64,000 nucleotides of DNA from the human T2T-CHM13v2.0 reference genome, Homo sapiens. Below the pieces are notes generated by a model, which was not told the origin of the DNA, ran no database searches, and saw nothing but the letters and a program-made list of their open reading frames with translations. Below, piece by piece: positions 42,023 to 54,960 of this stretch (positions are counted from its first letter, which is position 1; every line of letters begins with the position of its first letter). Location: assembly GCF_009914755.1 (NCBI RefSeq), contig NC_060942.1. One strand, 5' to 3'. The translations under genes and the position numbers were made by a program.

Positions 42023-42419
42023 GGTGCTTCAGACGGAATGTTTGTTTCCCCCTAAAAATTTGTATATTGAAATCCAATTTCCAATGTGATGTTACTCAGA
42101 AGTGGGTCTTTTGGGAATTGATTAAGTCATAAAGGTGAGCCCTCATGCAAAGGTATTAAGTACAAGGGCAATAACAAGGGTATTTTAGTGCGCTTTATAA
42201 AGGAGACCTCAGAGAGCTCTCTCACCCATTCAGCCATGTGAGGGCACAGTGCAAAGATGACCATCTATGAACCAGAAAGTAGACCTTCACCAGTCACTGA
42301 ATATGCTGGCACCTTCATCTTGGACTTCCCAGCATCCAGAACTGTGAGAAATAAATTTCTGTTGTTTATAAGCCATGCTGTTTATGGTATTTTATGATAG
42401 TAGCCTGAGTGGACTAAGA
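42023..42419 (+). mobile_element. MLT1A-like MaLR solo LTR
   Basis: GGAATGTTTGTTTCCCC...TTGGACTTCCCAGCATCCAGAACTGTGAGAAATAAATTTCTGTTGTTTATAAGCCA...GGACTAAGA. Confidence 0.85.
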
Positions 42420-43010
42420 AAGGTGGTATGAAATTTGCCTCTGAATTTAACTGAAGCGATCAGTGACAGCACCTTGACCCTGGTAGGCATTCAGATCAGC
42501 CTCAACACATTAGCAAGTGCTGTTATTGAAGATTGAATTGCCCCAAACTTCGTCTTTGAGGATTAATGCAGACTTTGTACAATTGGTAACGCATCCTGCT
42601 ATAAATGGATCAATGCCACTGGCCCAGTGGAAGGTTCTTTAGAGAAATTTAAGGAGAAAGCCACCCTTATTGTTTTTCCAGTTTCTTTAGCTGTCTAGAA
42701 CTGGGTCCCTGCAGGGCCTGACTGGAGTCAGTACTATAGGTTGGCCACATTCTGCAGTCTGGAATTCTGTTTATAGACGCTTTAATTAAATGATGCATGA
42801 AACAACTTGAATGAATATAATCCCAGCCTTTGTCAGTCAGATTACTCAGAGTGGCCAATAGTGTAGCATAAACATGGGAAGATTTTCTAGAATCTAAGCC
42901 TATAGGAATGAAGAGTGGAATTGTTGGAAAACAATTCTCAGTGAGTCTCTCACATCTCTGCAAATTTAGGCATTAATAACCAACTTGTTCCAGGCTATCT
43001 TCACTAAAAT

Positions 43011-43497
43011 GTTAATGTAATCAGGCAGAATTGGAAAGACAGAGATGCCTCATATTCCAGGGAATAGAGCTATAGATGCCTACATCTTTCTCCCCAGAGT
43101 AGATTTGTTTATGTTCCAGAATAGTAATGATAGGGATGTCTCCTTCCTCTCCACATTCCATATTTACTTACATTACATGGAAATAAAGATAATGTCACTC
43201 AGGAAACAGTGATAAGAATGGGCATAAGAGATTAGCGATGCCCAACCTCAGGGTTCCTCTCCTGTTATTCATCTCACTGCAGGGACAACACTTAGCTCTC
43301 ATCACATCACCTTGTGGAATCCGGGCTTAGCAAAATGGCATGGGATGTCACTCTGTCTACTGTTACTACTGTGAGTAATACATTTCCATTTGTCTGAACC
43401 AAAAGCCTTGGGTTTCTGCTGTTATCTATCAGACTGTGACGGGCTAGCCTACTACCTTTCCAGTAGGGCAAAATCTTACACTTTCACTGTTCCTTTC
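43011..43497 (+). mobile_element. Probable ERVL solo LTR (MER68/MER76-like)
   Basis: GATTTGTTTATGTTCCAG, GGGTTCCTCTCCTGT and the 3' end CAGTAGGGCAAAATCTTACACTTTCACTGTTCCTT resemble recalled consensus. Confidence 0.5.
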
Positions 43498-43499
43498 TT

Positions 43500-44790
43500 G
43501 AAAATACATTTATGATTTTTGTGTCTTTCTGATAAATTGACATTTTTCCTTATGAAATATGCTTATTTGTCTCTGTTAATACTCTTTGTTTTGGAGTTTA
43601 TTTTATATGATTTTAATATAGACAATCCCTGCTTTTAACTTTGTTATTTGCATGGTATATGATTTTTCATCCATTAACTTTCAAGCTCTCTGTTTCTTTA
43701 TGTTTAAAGTGATCTCATAGATAGATTTAGGTCTACCATTTTATTTTTTTTGTTTTTTCCTCTTTGCTTTTTGTTTCTCTCAATCTTTTTTTTTTTTTTT
43801 TTTTTAGCATCTATTGGATAACTTGAAATTTTAGAAGACTTACTTTTTGTCTATTGGATTTTAAACTATATTCCTGGGCATTAATTTTAGTGGTTTTACT
43901 AGGGATATAAAATATATCTCACACCTTTGTATACTCTGCTTATATTTATATTGAATCTCATCTCATATAATGAGGAAACCTTGCAAAATATTAATCCATT
44001 TACTGCCCCATACATTCTACTGTTCTTGTCATGTGTATGATATTTATACATATTTCAAGCCCCACAAAGCAAGTTTAAAACCGTTTATTTTTAAGAAATT
44101 TATTATTTTCCATGCATTTTATAAGAAATTTTCCTTTAACTAGAAGAACTTATAATGGTATTCCCTTTTATCCAGATCTGCTGGTCACAAATTTTCTTAA
44201 CATTCCTTTATTTAAAATGATTTTACTTTTGTTTTATTTTTAAATAATGTTTTCACTGTGAATAGAACTTGGAGTTTACTCTTTTTTGTTTTATTCTTTC
44301 TGTGCTTTAAGGGTACTTTCCTGCTGTTATATCTGGCCTCTGTAGTTTCTGATTGGAAGTTACTGCTCATTTGAATTATTGTTTCCACACATACATGTTT
44401 TTCTTTGGCTACTTTCAAAAAGTCTCTTTGTTTTCCAGCAGTTTACTACTGTGGGCCTATGCATAATTTTTAAAAATATTTATTTCCCTTTTAATTCACT
44501 GAGTTTCTTGAATCTGAAAAATTTACGTATTTGCTCAAACTTGGGGAAAAATTTTGGTCTCTCTATTTTAAAAAAACTTTTTTCTACCCGATGTTTTCTC
44601 TTGTATGTTTCCAGGACTTAAATTTCACATACATTAGAAAACCGAATATTGTCACACAGGTTGCCCGATCTCTGTTCATTTCTTTAAAAAAACGTTTGCT
44701 CTGTGTTCTTCAGATTGAATAATTTCTCCTATGCTATCTTCAAGTTCATGGCATCTTTCTTCTGTCCTATATTCTACTCTTAAGCTCATC
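43500..44790 (-). mobile_element. Ancient L1M fragment spanning the ORF2 start, inter-ORF region and ORF1
   Basis: TTTGCATGGTATAT...TTCATCCATT (endonuclease region) and TGAATAGAACTTGG...CTGGCCTCTGTAGTTTCTGAT (ORF1 region). Confidence 0.7.
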
Positions 44791-45350
44791 TATCAAAGTG
44801 TGGTTTTATCATATGTGCAGATATGTTTGTTTGAAAAAAACTGCTTTGTATTGTTCCTCCTTTTTTCAAAAATGTATCAATAGGAAGGGGAGCAAGAAGG
44901 CGGGCATTAAAAGCCAGGCTGAGAAACAAAATGAGCCCCAAAGGGATGAAAATGACACTATGGGGCAGAGGAATGACGTGGAGCAGTCGAAGCAATGGAA
45001 CCTGAGTACTTCAGGGGAATAAAATGAACGGCTTTCTTTTGTAATGTGGTTTCTAGGGTTGAGGTACAAGGCTGGTCAGTCAGCAGAAAGTAAATCTCTG
45101 GAGGTTCTTGGACCAAAAGGATTTTTCTGCCAGCTCCTGGATGACATGTGTTTTGCTAGAGCGAGGGTAGCATTTCTGAGACAGGGGTTTGTAATAGACC
45201 CTGATTAATAAGCGTCCTTTTTGGGTTTGTAGACGGAAGAAGACACAACTGCAGCTGATGAAATTTCCCACTAGTTGGAAATCTATAAATGCCCTACTTA
45301 TAAGAAGTAGCACATCCTTGTGTTTAACATATGAAATTACTGTGGTTAGG

Positions 45351-45763
45351 TGACATAGTTTGGATATTTATACCCTTCAAATCTCACGTTAAAATTTCCT
45401 CCCCAGTATTGTAGGCCTAAAGAGGAGTGTTTAGGTCATGGGGACAGATCTCTCATGAATGTCTTGATGCCATCCTTATGGTAATGAGTGAGTTCTCACG
45501 CTATTAGTTCCCATGGGAGCTGATTGTTAAAAAGAGCCTGGCATGTCTTTCTCTCTATCTTGCTCCCTCTCTCGCTCTGTGATGCCCCCTCCCTTTCACC
45601 TTCCACCAAAGTTGGAATTCTCCTGAGGCCCTTATCAGAAGCAGATATTGGCATCATGCTTCTGGTTCAGTCTGTAGGACTGTGGGCCAAATCTTTACCC
45701 TTTTTTTTTATAAATTACTCAGCCTCAGATATTACTTTATAGCAGCATAAACAGTTTAAGACA
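45351..45763 (+). mobile_element. MSTB-like MaLR solo LTR
   Basis: TGACATAGTTTGGATAT...CAAATCTCA...GAAGCAGATATTGGCATCATGCTTC...TTAAGACA. Confidence 0.85.
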
Positions 45764-47329
45764 ACAGAATATTAGCTAATATTGTGATAAGGTAACTGAT
45801 TCAATGTAACATGACCCAGAAATGATCATTTTCTATAATAGAGCTAACTTGTAATCTGTATGTATGTCTTATATATTGATTTATGTCAACTATACATATT
45901 TACTGTGATGGGGGAGTCATATAATGTAGAAATTCCTAGGAGTGTTAGGAAAGGAGCTCTCATCCATTTGGCAAAATACCATTAGACTGATTACTTGTAG
46001 GCAATTCACAGAAAATACTCTTAGGAAGAGGCAGTGCATAGAAAACTATTATTTAAAGCATTATTACATGTTTATTCATCTCTTCCATTTTTATTGTGTG
46101 AGTAGTAGAGAAAATAAAAAAGGCTTGACTTTCTCAATAGAATTGAACCCTATCTGCAGCACTGTTTTTAAAAACTGAATAAGTTATTTCTGTATCACTG
46201 CTTTCCTAATTGTAAAAATAAGGATAATAATATTTCTCACATAATTGTTTTGATGGCTAAGCACCATACCTGACCTATAGTAGCCAATTTTTTGGTCACA
46301 ATTTTTCGGTCACAAATTTAGCAGACAGCATGATGTCATGAGTGTACTTGAACTTGATCCAATAGCATTAATTAGGGGAGAATATGGCCAGTTTTCACAG
46401 CTTCAGTATATAATGTCTATTTCCTTTGCTCAGCTTGTTAGATTGTAGTTGGGTTTTGCTTTTCTCTCACAAGTATTTTATACTTAGTTTGATGAGACTG
46501 CTGTTATATCAAGTTAATCCTCTGTATGGGGTTTTCATTCTCCTCACGAAGAAACTCTGTCAAATTTCTAATCTTTCCTCAGCAGGAGTGAATAAACTGG
46601 TGCTTATTCAGGTCCAAGGCTCTCTCTGAGAATCGTTTTCCCTCACATTTCAACCCCTTTCGGACCTAGAAGATGATAATGCTGAGCAAAGAGAATTAAT
46701 AAATTACTTAATGTGTTAGAGCAAAAATCCATGCATGTGGCTCTTAAAAAATAAAAGATTTCCCCCTCCACATGTTAAGAGTCTAAGAAATATTCTTCCT
46801 TTAAGTGTGTTTTAGTAAATAAAAGTATACGATATTTTATTTTTTGGAAAGTAGTTTAATGCTGACCAGGTTTTCCCCAAAAAACATGGTTTATAAGGTG
46901 AACTTGTTAATTTATGTTTCACTATTATTAACTTAATCTCTTTTGAATTGATTTTATGTTCAGGAGGAGAAGAAGTATTAAGTGCTTGCTTGGACCTTTC
47001 TACTGTGCTTATTATTCTGTCTTCTCCTCATGGCAAGTAAGTCAAAATATTTCTTACTTTCTTTAGACCAGAATAGTGAATTCAATTCTTTGACTCCTTT
47101 CCAGCTAACATGAGTGTAAAATTTTGCTGGTTTAGTCATATTTATAAGCTTAAATCTCTCCTGTCTGGAGTTTCATGGGAAATCTAAAAAAAATGTGAGC
47201 AATATTTTCCCAGGATGAAGAACATAAAATTAGATTCAATAGATACATTTATCTTTAATGAAATTGACCTGCCTAACCCTTAATCATATTTCTGATATTA
47301 GCTTGGACAATATTTCTCCTGGAATTTTT

Positions 47330-47560
47330 CTTACTTCTTAAGGCTAATTTTGGTGCTCTTTCTATAAGTCCCTGAGATCTCTGGACTTCCCCTTGCAGAA
47401 TGCTTTTCCCATTGCATTGCAATGATTTATTGATACTGTCATCACTAGAGGGTTGACTATGAGAATAGAAATTGTATCTGTCTTTTTCACAATGCTGTTA
47501 ACATCAGCCACTGTACCAAGCATATAGCAGATGTTCAATAAATATTTGTTGAATGAATCC
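47330..47560 (+). mobile_element. L2 3' end
   Basis: CATATAGCAGATGTTCAATAAATATTTGTTGAATGAAT is the L2 terminus. Confidence 0.75.
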
Positions 47561-48126
47561 ATAAATCTATTTACAATGCAAGAGATTATGTTTTTCAAGC
47601 AAAGACCCAAGGAAATTCTAGAGACATTGGTTCTGAGTTCATGGTTTTCCTGCATTTCTTTCTGTAATTCTCAGTTGAGCCACCCAGTGTCCTTTGCGAT
47701 TATGTGGGTCAAAAATTACCATTTTTGCTTGAGCTCTTCTGAACTGGATTTCTATCTTTTATAACCATAATAAGCATGCCTAATAATTTGGGTATTGGTC
47801 AAACAAATCTGTTAAGAGTGGAGCATTAATGTGGTCAGAGGAAGTGGATTTCTATATTTATTGGTGATCTATTTGTGCCCATTACTCTTCCGTGTCCTGT
47901 TCGAACACATGGGGTTTTCTGGGACAGAAGGCTGACTGCAAGGAGCTTGCAGGCGAGTAGAGAAGATAGTGTGTTTATATCAGTCCTACCACAACAAGTG
48001 CTGGTGTACAACGTCAAGTTGCTTAGACAGAAAAAAGAAGCTATTGGGGGAAGGGGTTGGATATGAGCTCTGCTTTGAGGAAATTTTTACTATATATAGT
48101 ATACTAAATGTGAATATTCACAGAAA

Positions 48127-49381
48127 CAGTGGTGATCTGGAGCCACCTCAAACTGGCTTTCAAGAACTCATTGTTATTTTTTAGGAATTTGAGACCCAGT
48201 CACTAAATATAGTCATTATTAAAAATTACTCTTAAATAAACAGTTAGAGATAAATAAAATAATTTCTTGTAATTCATCACTAATTATTTGACTACATTTC
48301 ACTACTCTATATGTTCTTGAAATTATTTACATTTACTGTACCCATGTGGTGGGAATTCTGCATAATGGTGTGGCAACTGCTCATCTCTTCCCAACTTCAC
48401 ATTTAGTATGTCACAGCAGTAGCTTGAACTTGACTATGATGAAATGGTTTATTTTTATTTACTTATTCTTCGAGATGGGCTCTTGCTCTGTTGCCCAGTT
48501 TGGAGTGCAGTGGCACAATCATGGCTCACTGCAGCCTCAACCTCCCAGGCTCAAGCGATCCTCCCACCTGAGCCTCTTGAGTAGAGGGACTACAGGTATG
48601 TGCCACCATGCCCACCTAATTTTTGTACTTTTGATAGAAACAGGATTTTGGCACATTGCCCAGACTGGTCTTGAACTCCTGGGCTCCAGCGATCTGCCTG
48701 CCTCAGCCTCCCAAAATGCTGAGATTCCAGGCGTGAGCCACCACTCCTGGCCTGGTGAGAAAATTTAAACTTTGAAAATGCAAGCACTACAGAAGAGTGC
48801 TTGATTTTTTAATTTATGCTCTTTTTGTTGTCTATATTTTATTATTACATGATATGGTATTGTCTAAACAATAAAGTGATAAAGAAGTGCTAATAAAGCA
48901 GGTTAAAGTTAAAATGTCTGCTGTGTCTATAGCTGTTGTACTGAGATAGCACAAAAATTGAGGAAACACTTTTTCAATATTTGGAGTTATGACATGTGTC
49001 TTTGTTGTTTCACTTTCATCTTATTCATGAAAACAAACTTCTCAATTGTATTCATGGTAGAACAGCATTAATTCACCATGTGCAGCCACAGGTTAGCCAT
49101 GGGTATAAGAGTTCAACGATCAATGAAAGAACTTATATTGAAGTATTGATTTATAAATGTCAAGTGCATTGTGGAAGAATAAAAAATAAGATTTAAAAAG
49201 TCAGTGAAAACATTGGGTAAAATCAAGTGGTTATATAGAATTTGCTATAAATAAAATTGCACATTTTATTATTATTTGTAAGTTGTGTGCTACCCAGAAT
49301 TTATCAATCAAACTTACAATAAACTTGTGAGTGTGTGAGTGTGTATATAACCATTGTTAACCACTTACCAGCACACCACTG
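48127..49381. mobile_element. MER63-like (hAT-Blackjack) non-autonomous DNA transposon, interrupted by an AluJ
   Basis: Terminal inverted repeats CAGTGGTGATCTGG (48127-48140) and CCAGCACACCACTG (49368-49381) match at 12/14 positions; ~950 nt without the Alu. Confidence 0.75.
48447..48752 (-). mobile_element. AluJ
   Basis: CACAATCATGGCTCACTGCAGCCTCAACCTCCCAGGCTCAAGCGATCC; full dimer. Confidence 0.9.
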
Positions 49382-49505
49382 GGTAGAAGGGCACAAGAGG
49401 TTTTTACAAAAAAAAAGTAAGTAATATTGATTTTTTTTCTGCCTCCAGTAATGTCTCACTGTTTTCCTGTTGGTTAGGGCATTTACAAGATGAGTCATTA
49501 TGCAC

Positions 49506-49539
<34 letters not shown>

Positions 49540-49557
49540 CGCGCGCGTGCGCGCATG
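49506..49557. repeat. Compound (TA)n(TG)n(CG)n microsatellite
   Basis: 52 nt of uninterrupted purine-pyrimidine alternation. Confidence 0.95.
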
Positions 49558-49589
49558 AGTGTATATATGTATATGTTGTACGTATGTGT

Positions 49590-50050
49590 GCCATTGAATT
49601 ATAATTAACAAAGAGCAAAATACACCAATTACAAGTGCACACTGTCTATAACTTTTTACGATTCTATACAATAACAAACATTTGTGTGATCATCCCTCAT
49701 ATAAGATACAGAGCATTCTAGCTCCCTAGAAAGTTTATCACTGTCCCGTCTTTGTGGTCAACAGCGTTAGCTATTTTCACACCTATCACCATAGATTAGT
49801 TTGGCCTATTCTTTAAATACACATAAATAGAGAATTAAACTATGTAATGTTATTTTTCACTTATTTTGCTCAATATTATGTTTTTTATATTTGTTCGGGT
49901 TGTAGCTTATGTCAGTAGTTCATTTTTCATGACTGCTGTGTAGCATTCCATTGTATAAACATGCCCCAATTTGTTTAGACTTTCTTTTATCAATGAGCAT
50001 TTTTGTTGTTTTCACTTTGGAACTATTAAGAAGAAAGCATACTAGGAAAA
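49590..50050 (-). mobile_element. L1ME-like 3' end
   Basis: ACCATAGATTAGTTTGGCCTATTCTT...TTGCTCAATATTATG...CATTCCATTGTATAAAC. Confidence 0.7.
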
Positions 50051-52550
50051 GTTTGAGAATGTACATTTATTCCTTGATTCTTTTTTTCTCTTAAATGCTT
50101 TATTCAACTCCATCTGTGGAATTGGGAATTGTAGCATTTTCTGGAAAGACAAATGCCAATTTCTTTTCCTTCCAATAAGGTATATTGTCCCAGATGTCAA
50201 ACTCTGTGGGTCAGTGTGTGTAGATAACTCCTATGCCTACAAAATCCCCCTCTATTCATATGTCAGTGCTTGTATTCTGAGGATCTAGATAGGCTCTGTC
50301 TTGCTTTTGAAGCCTTAAGGACCAGCAAGTGGAACAGGACTATCTAAGAGCGAGAACAAAGCAAGAACTTCACTGATGGGTTCCTACTGAGTTATTATTC
50401 TGGAATTTAATTTTTAAAGATGACCTTCAAATGCCATTGTTTCCTGATTTTATTTTGTTAAATTTATCAAAGTGCATTTAGAAAGAACAATTCCAGTCTC
50501 GCATGAAATTATGTTTTAAAATACGTGAATGATATTTTTATAAGAAAAAAAATTTTTCAGGACATTATTGCAGAATACTGAACACCGAATCCGTTTTTCT
50601 TAAGTTTATTTAGCTAAATCTATATAAGCCTCTTTTTATTATTTACTAACCTCCGCACATTTCTTTTACCTTGTGCTATAAGTAAAGCACTCAACAGTTT
50701 TTCTATTTACTGTCTAGATGTTATGAAACAATTGAAGAGGCAGGCCAGGGTTTTCTTCAGCCAGATTCTAATGAGAAATACAGAGAAGAATCATAAGAAC
50801 CAAGTTGCTCTCAATATCTGACAAATTTTTGATACAAGAGCCACAACAACACTTCTTTGGCTAAGCATGAAGGCCAGTCATGATCAGAATTTATTTAAAA
50901 TGTAATTTTTATGGGGCAGCTAATGTGCTATTCACTATAACTTCCCAGGAACTAGAAGGAAATAGGACCAAAAATAGAGGTTTATATTAATCTGTTCTAT
51001 TTAAAATAAAAACAGTGGTCATATGAGAACACACACATGCACACATACATACTAATGAGAATATGGGTCATGGTAATAGTTATGGCCAATGCACTGTGCG
51101 TGCTAAACCATGTTTCCTTGAAATGTCAATACTGTTAATATTTTCTTTATACTTAGCCCCCATCCCCCCAGAACATAAGTGTAGAAAAGTGGGGTGTTGA
51201 AGGGAAGATGTGTTTGAGGGAATTGGGAAGTATTACATTTGGGACGTGTAACAGTTTTATAGAAAACATCCCTCTTTCCCTCTTTCTTTCTTTCTCTTTC
51301 TTCTCCAGAGACTTTATCTCTTAATATTCTGCTGGCTAAATTGTATTGACTTTCTACATTATCAATTTATATGACTTCTTTCTCTGACACTACCACCTCT
51401 TCCTAAGAAAATTTACGTTAATATCAGTGGCAACACAATACTGACTTACAATCATCTAGGCTTAGTTTGTTTGAATGATTTTTATTAATTCTCTCTCTTA
51501 CAACCCCTATAGTGATCCAATAAGGTCCCCAATGTAGGCAATACTTTATACTTATCTTCATTCACTCTTTATACTTGTTCCAGAAAATCTACTTTAAAAT
51601 ATTTTTTTTGCTTGGACTTAAGAATCTATTTTCATTTGAAAGAATGAGTTAAAGCAACATATTGAACCATCATACTCACTTATTCAACAAATATTTGAGG
51701 GCTTTACACAGGCAAGCACTCTAGGCATTGGGAAGTAAATGTGAAAAAAGACAAAACTTTCTTTTCATGAAGCTTCTATTCTAATTGGGAACTATACAAA
51801 CAAATTAAGTTGGAGGCAAGAAGTAGCTAAATGCTGTGGAGGAGAATAAAATAGGGAAGGAAGATTTGAAGAATGAGTTTATGAGTCATGAGAATGTCAG
51901 GAGTTGTATTTTGGGCCAGTCACATTGAAGGAAATGTATTACCAGCATTCAAAAAGAGAAGGCTTCGGTTCAGGGAATAAGTCTAGAATGGAGATACAAA
52001 TTTAAGATCTGACAGTGTACAGTTCATAAAAGTATGACACGAGATCACCAAGAAAATGTGAACAGAGAGAGAAGAATTCTTACACTGAAATTTCTCATTC
52101 TTTAGCCTGAAGATTTATGACAACAGTAATCTGGAGAAATAAGTGGCCATATATAGCTTATAGAATGACAGTTTATAGAGTGTTTTTTATTTCTGAAAGT
52201 TGTTTTCCAGTTGAACCTAAAAATTAAGATGATTAGACACCTGAAGAAATTATAAAACATGCATATTCCTAATAGTAGGATACTATCTCCACATCTCCCC
52301 AGGAGTCAGTAACTCACAGGGAAATTACTAGTTCAGAAAGTCTAGTTAGGCATAAAATGAGTTGGTTTGCTTTGTTAATTTAAAAAAAATTTGGCTTGAA
52401 AAAAATGTAATTAGATAAAAAGTTTCGAGAAAAGTACACAGAACTCCCACATTCTTTTCACCCAGATTTATCAATTGTTAATATTTTGTAAACTTTGTTC
52501 TTATCCTTAATCTATCTTTATATCTGTCTATTATGTATTTGTGTGTCTAT

Positions 52551-52594
<44 letters not shown>
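52551..52594. repeat. (TCTA)11 tetranucleotide STR
   Basis: Perfect TCTA array with degenerate flanks. Confidence 0.95.
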
Positions 52595-52597
<3 letters not shown>

Positions 52598-52624
52598 GCC
52601 TACCTATCTATCATCTGTCTTTCT

Positions 52625-53470
52625 GTGCCAATGTATAGTAGGAGCTTGGAATGCTAGAATACCTTATTCTGAAGAAACTGAGGCAGGGCTAACAATATAA
52701 AACAAAGGAATTAGGTCCAAAGGACACAGGAGCCATATTGGAAGGGTTCCCATCATCCAAATGAAGGACAGTCGACAAAATTAAACTGAATTAGATAATA
52801 AATTATAATTCATTGAATTTTATAACAGTTTATGAGTTCATATTGACAAGAATGACTAAATTAATGGATACATAGGAGATAAGAGAAATGTCTTCTCTAT
52901 AGTTGGATAACATTTAATAAAAGTAATAAGAATCAGAAAATTATGGTTTTGTAACCATCACAATAATAATTGATTCAGGGAAAAATCATCAATAGATGCA
53001 ACAGTTAACAACCACTGATGAAGACCAGAATATTTATATAGTTTCAAATATAACAAATTACTTAATCACAAAATGAAAAGTAAAAACTTAAGGTTGCAGG
53101 AATATGGATGGTATACACCAATTTAACGAGAGTTAACCTCACAAATAATGGGATAAACAGACATTACCTGTCTCCTGATGTGATGAACTAGGAAAATATA
53201 CAACTCATGTAGTTTTCTATCTAAAAATGCATAAACTGAGTCAAATCTAGAGAAATATCAAGCAAATTCTAATTAAGGGACATTCTCTAAGTAAACAGCC
53301 CATGTTCTTTAAAAATTTCAATATCATAAAGATAAAAGCTGAGAAATGATCCCAGAATAAAGGAGATCCAAAAGACAGGAAAGCAAAATTTATCGTATAA
53401 TCCTGGATTGAATTATTTGCTAGAGGGACAAATATTGCTATAAAAATATTGTCGGTACGATTGATACAAT
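52625..53470 (+). mobile_element. L1MC/MD-like 3'UTR fragment
   Basis: CCAAAGGACACAGGAGCCA, CTCCTGATGTGATG and TCCTGGATTGAAT resemble L1MC/MD 3' regions. Confidence 0.55.
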
Positions 53471-53869
53471 TTAGTTTCCAAGCAATGGTTGCATTCTTAA
53501 TGTAACTTGTCAGAGCTTTTATAAAACAGCATCCTGGCTGAAATTCCTGAAAAAGCTATGAAAGAGCCCACACACTCGCTTTCCTAAGTACCAGTGTTTG
53601 CTATCACCCTGTAATTGAGCCCTGTCTTGATGTAATCTATGATCTGTCTTCTCTTCTTCCCATACTTGATGTTCCCATTTTGAAGAAACATTCTTTTTCT
53701 TTGACGATTTGTAGATGACTCTGAGGCTGATTTTAACTCTGCTTTTTAATCATCACCATTCTTTGAGGTCTTCAATTATAAATTTACTAAATTAAAATAA
53801 TAATCACTATATCTTCTAAGTGGTATAAATAATAGGAGAATAAAAGATAAAAAGAAACACATTTATAAA

Positions 53870-54090
53870 GAGTTATGTGGATGCATAAACATTCATTCAT
53901 TTTATCTTACTTGATCCTCCCCATTTGCCAGTGAGAGAATTAAGAATAATTGCTCCCAATTTTTATGAGGAAATTGAGATTCAGAAAGATTAAACAACTT
54001 GCCCTAAGCCACACAACTAGTAATTTAGGAAGGTATGGTGTGAGTCCAGGTCTTCTCAATGTAAGTCCTAGACTTGTTCATTATACAAGG
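53870..54090 (-). mobile_element. MIR SINE
   Basis: ATGAGGAAATTGAGATTCAGAAAGATTAAACAACTTGCCCTAAGCCACACAACTAG. Confidence 0.8.
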
Positions 54091-54223
54091 CAATTCCCAG
54101 TTTCAGATCTGGATGACTGAGTGGATAATGATGAGAATAGCAACTGATAAGACAGGATAGCAAGAACATTTTTTAGGGAGGATATTCTGCCAAATCTTGA
54201 TTTTTAGTTACTTTCTAGATTAA

Positions 54224-54960
54224 TGAGGCAGAGTAGGGACCCCTCTTAAAGGCCTTGTGGACCCCATCAATCATAAAAATAAAGGAAACTTATTGAGTTC
54301 CTTCGAGGGAAATTCCAGTCACCCAGTACGCCCTGAGAAGAAAATGAGCAACCTGATAAGGAAGAAGGTAGAAATAGCTTAAAACAATAGCCAAGGAAGT
54401 TTGAGTCACAAAATGTTTGGTTCCCGTAGAAACTAAAGATAATATATTAACATATGTCCCTGAGTTGTTTTTCAAACACCTGGACCCCCACCAAATGAAA
54501 AACGCTGTCCACTGGCACGGAGACTTCAGATAAGGGGGAACTGTGGTCAGAACTCTGGCCACTGTTCTTTTTTCTAAATTTCTTCCTGAGGGGCCTGGAC
54601 TAAGTCATGTACACAGGCCAGAGCTCAACATTCCTTTCTGCTGACCCCAAGTTTTAGATAAAGCTTTGCTCTCTTAACCAATCACAAATCAGAGAATCTT
54701 TGTATATCCACCTGTGGCCTGTAAGTCCCTGCTTCAAGATGGCCTGCCTTTTAGGCAAACTAATGTATAGCCTTCATGCATTGCCTATAACCAACCTCCC
54801 TGCCTTTAAAAACTCTTAACATGTACGCCATTGGAGAGTTCAGAGTCTTAAGTGTTAACTTCCTAATTCCCCATGCTTCACTTTATCTTGCTGCAAATCC
54901 TGATATTATTGTTCAGTTTTGCTGCACTGAGCAGGCAGACCCAAGTTCGGTTTTGCAACA
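54224..54960 (+). mobile_element. ERV1-class solo LTR, MER39-like (737 bp)
   Basis: TG...CA termini (TGAGGCAGAGTAGGGACCCCTCTT ... TTTTGCAACA) flanked by a 4-bp TSD TTAA; internal CCAAT boxes. Confidence 0.8.

Noticed and set aside
46286-46318. Short tandem duplication AATTTTT(T/C)GGTCAC
   Set aside because: Ordinary slippage-scale duplication in T-rich DNA.
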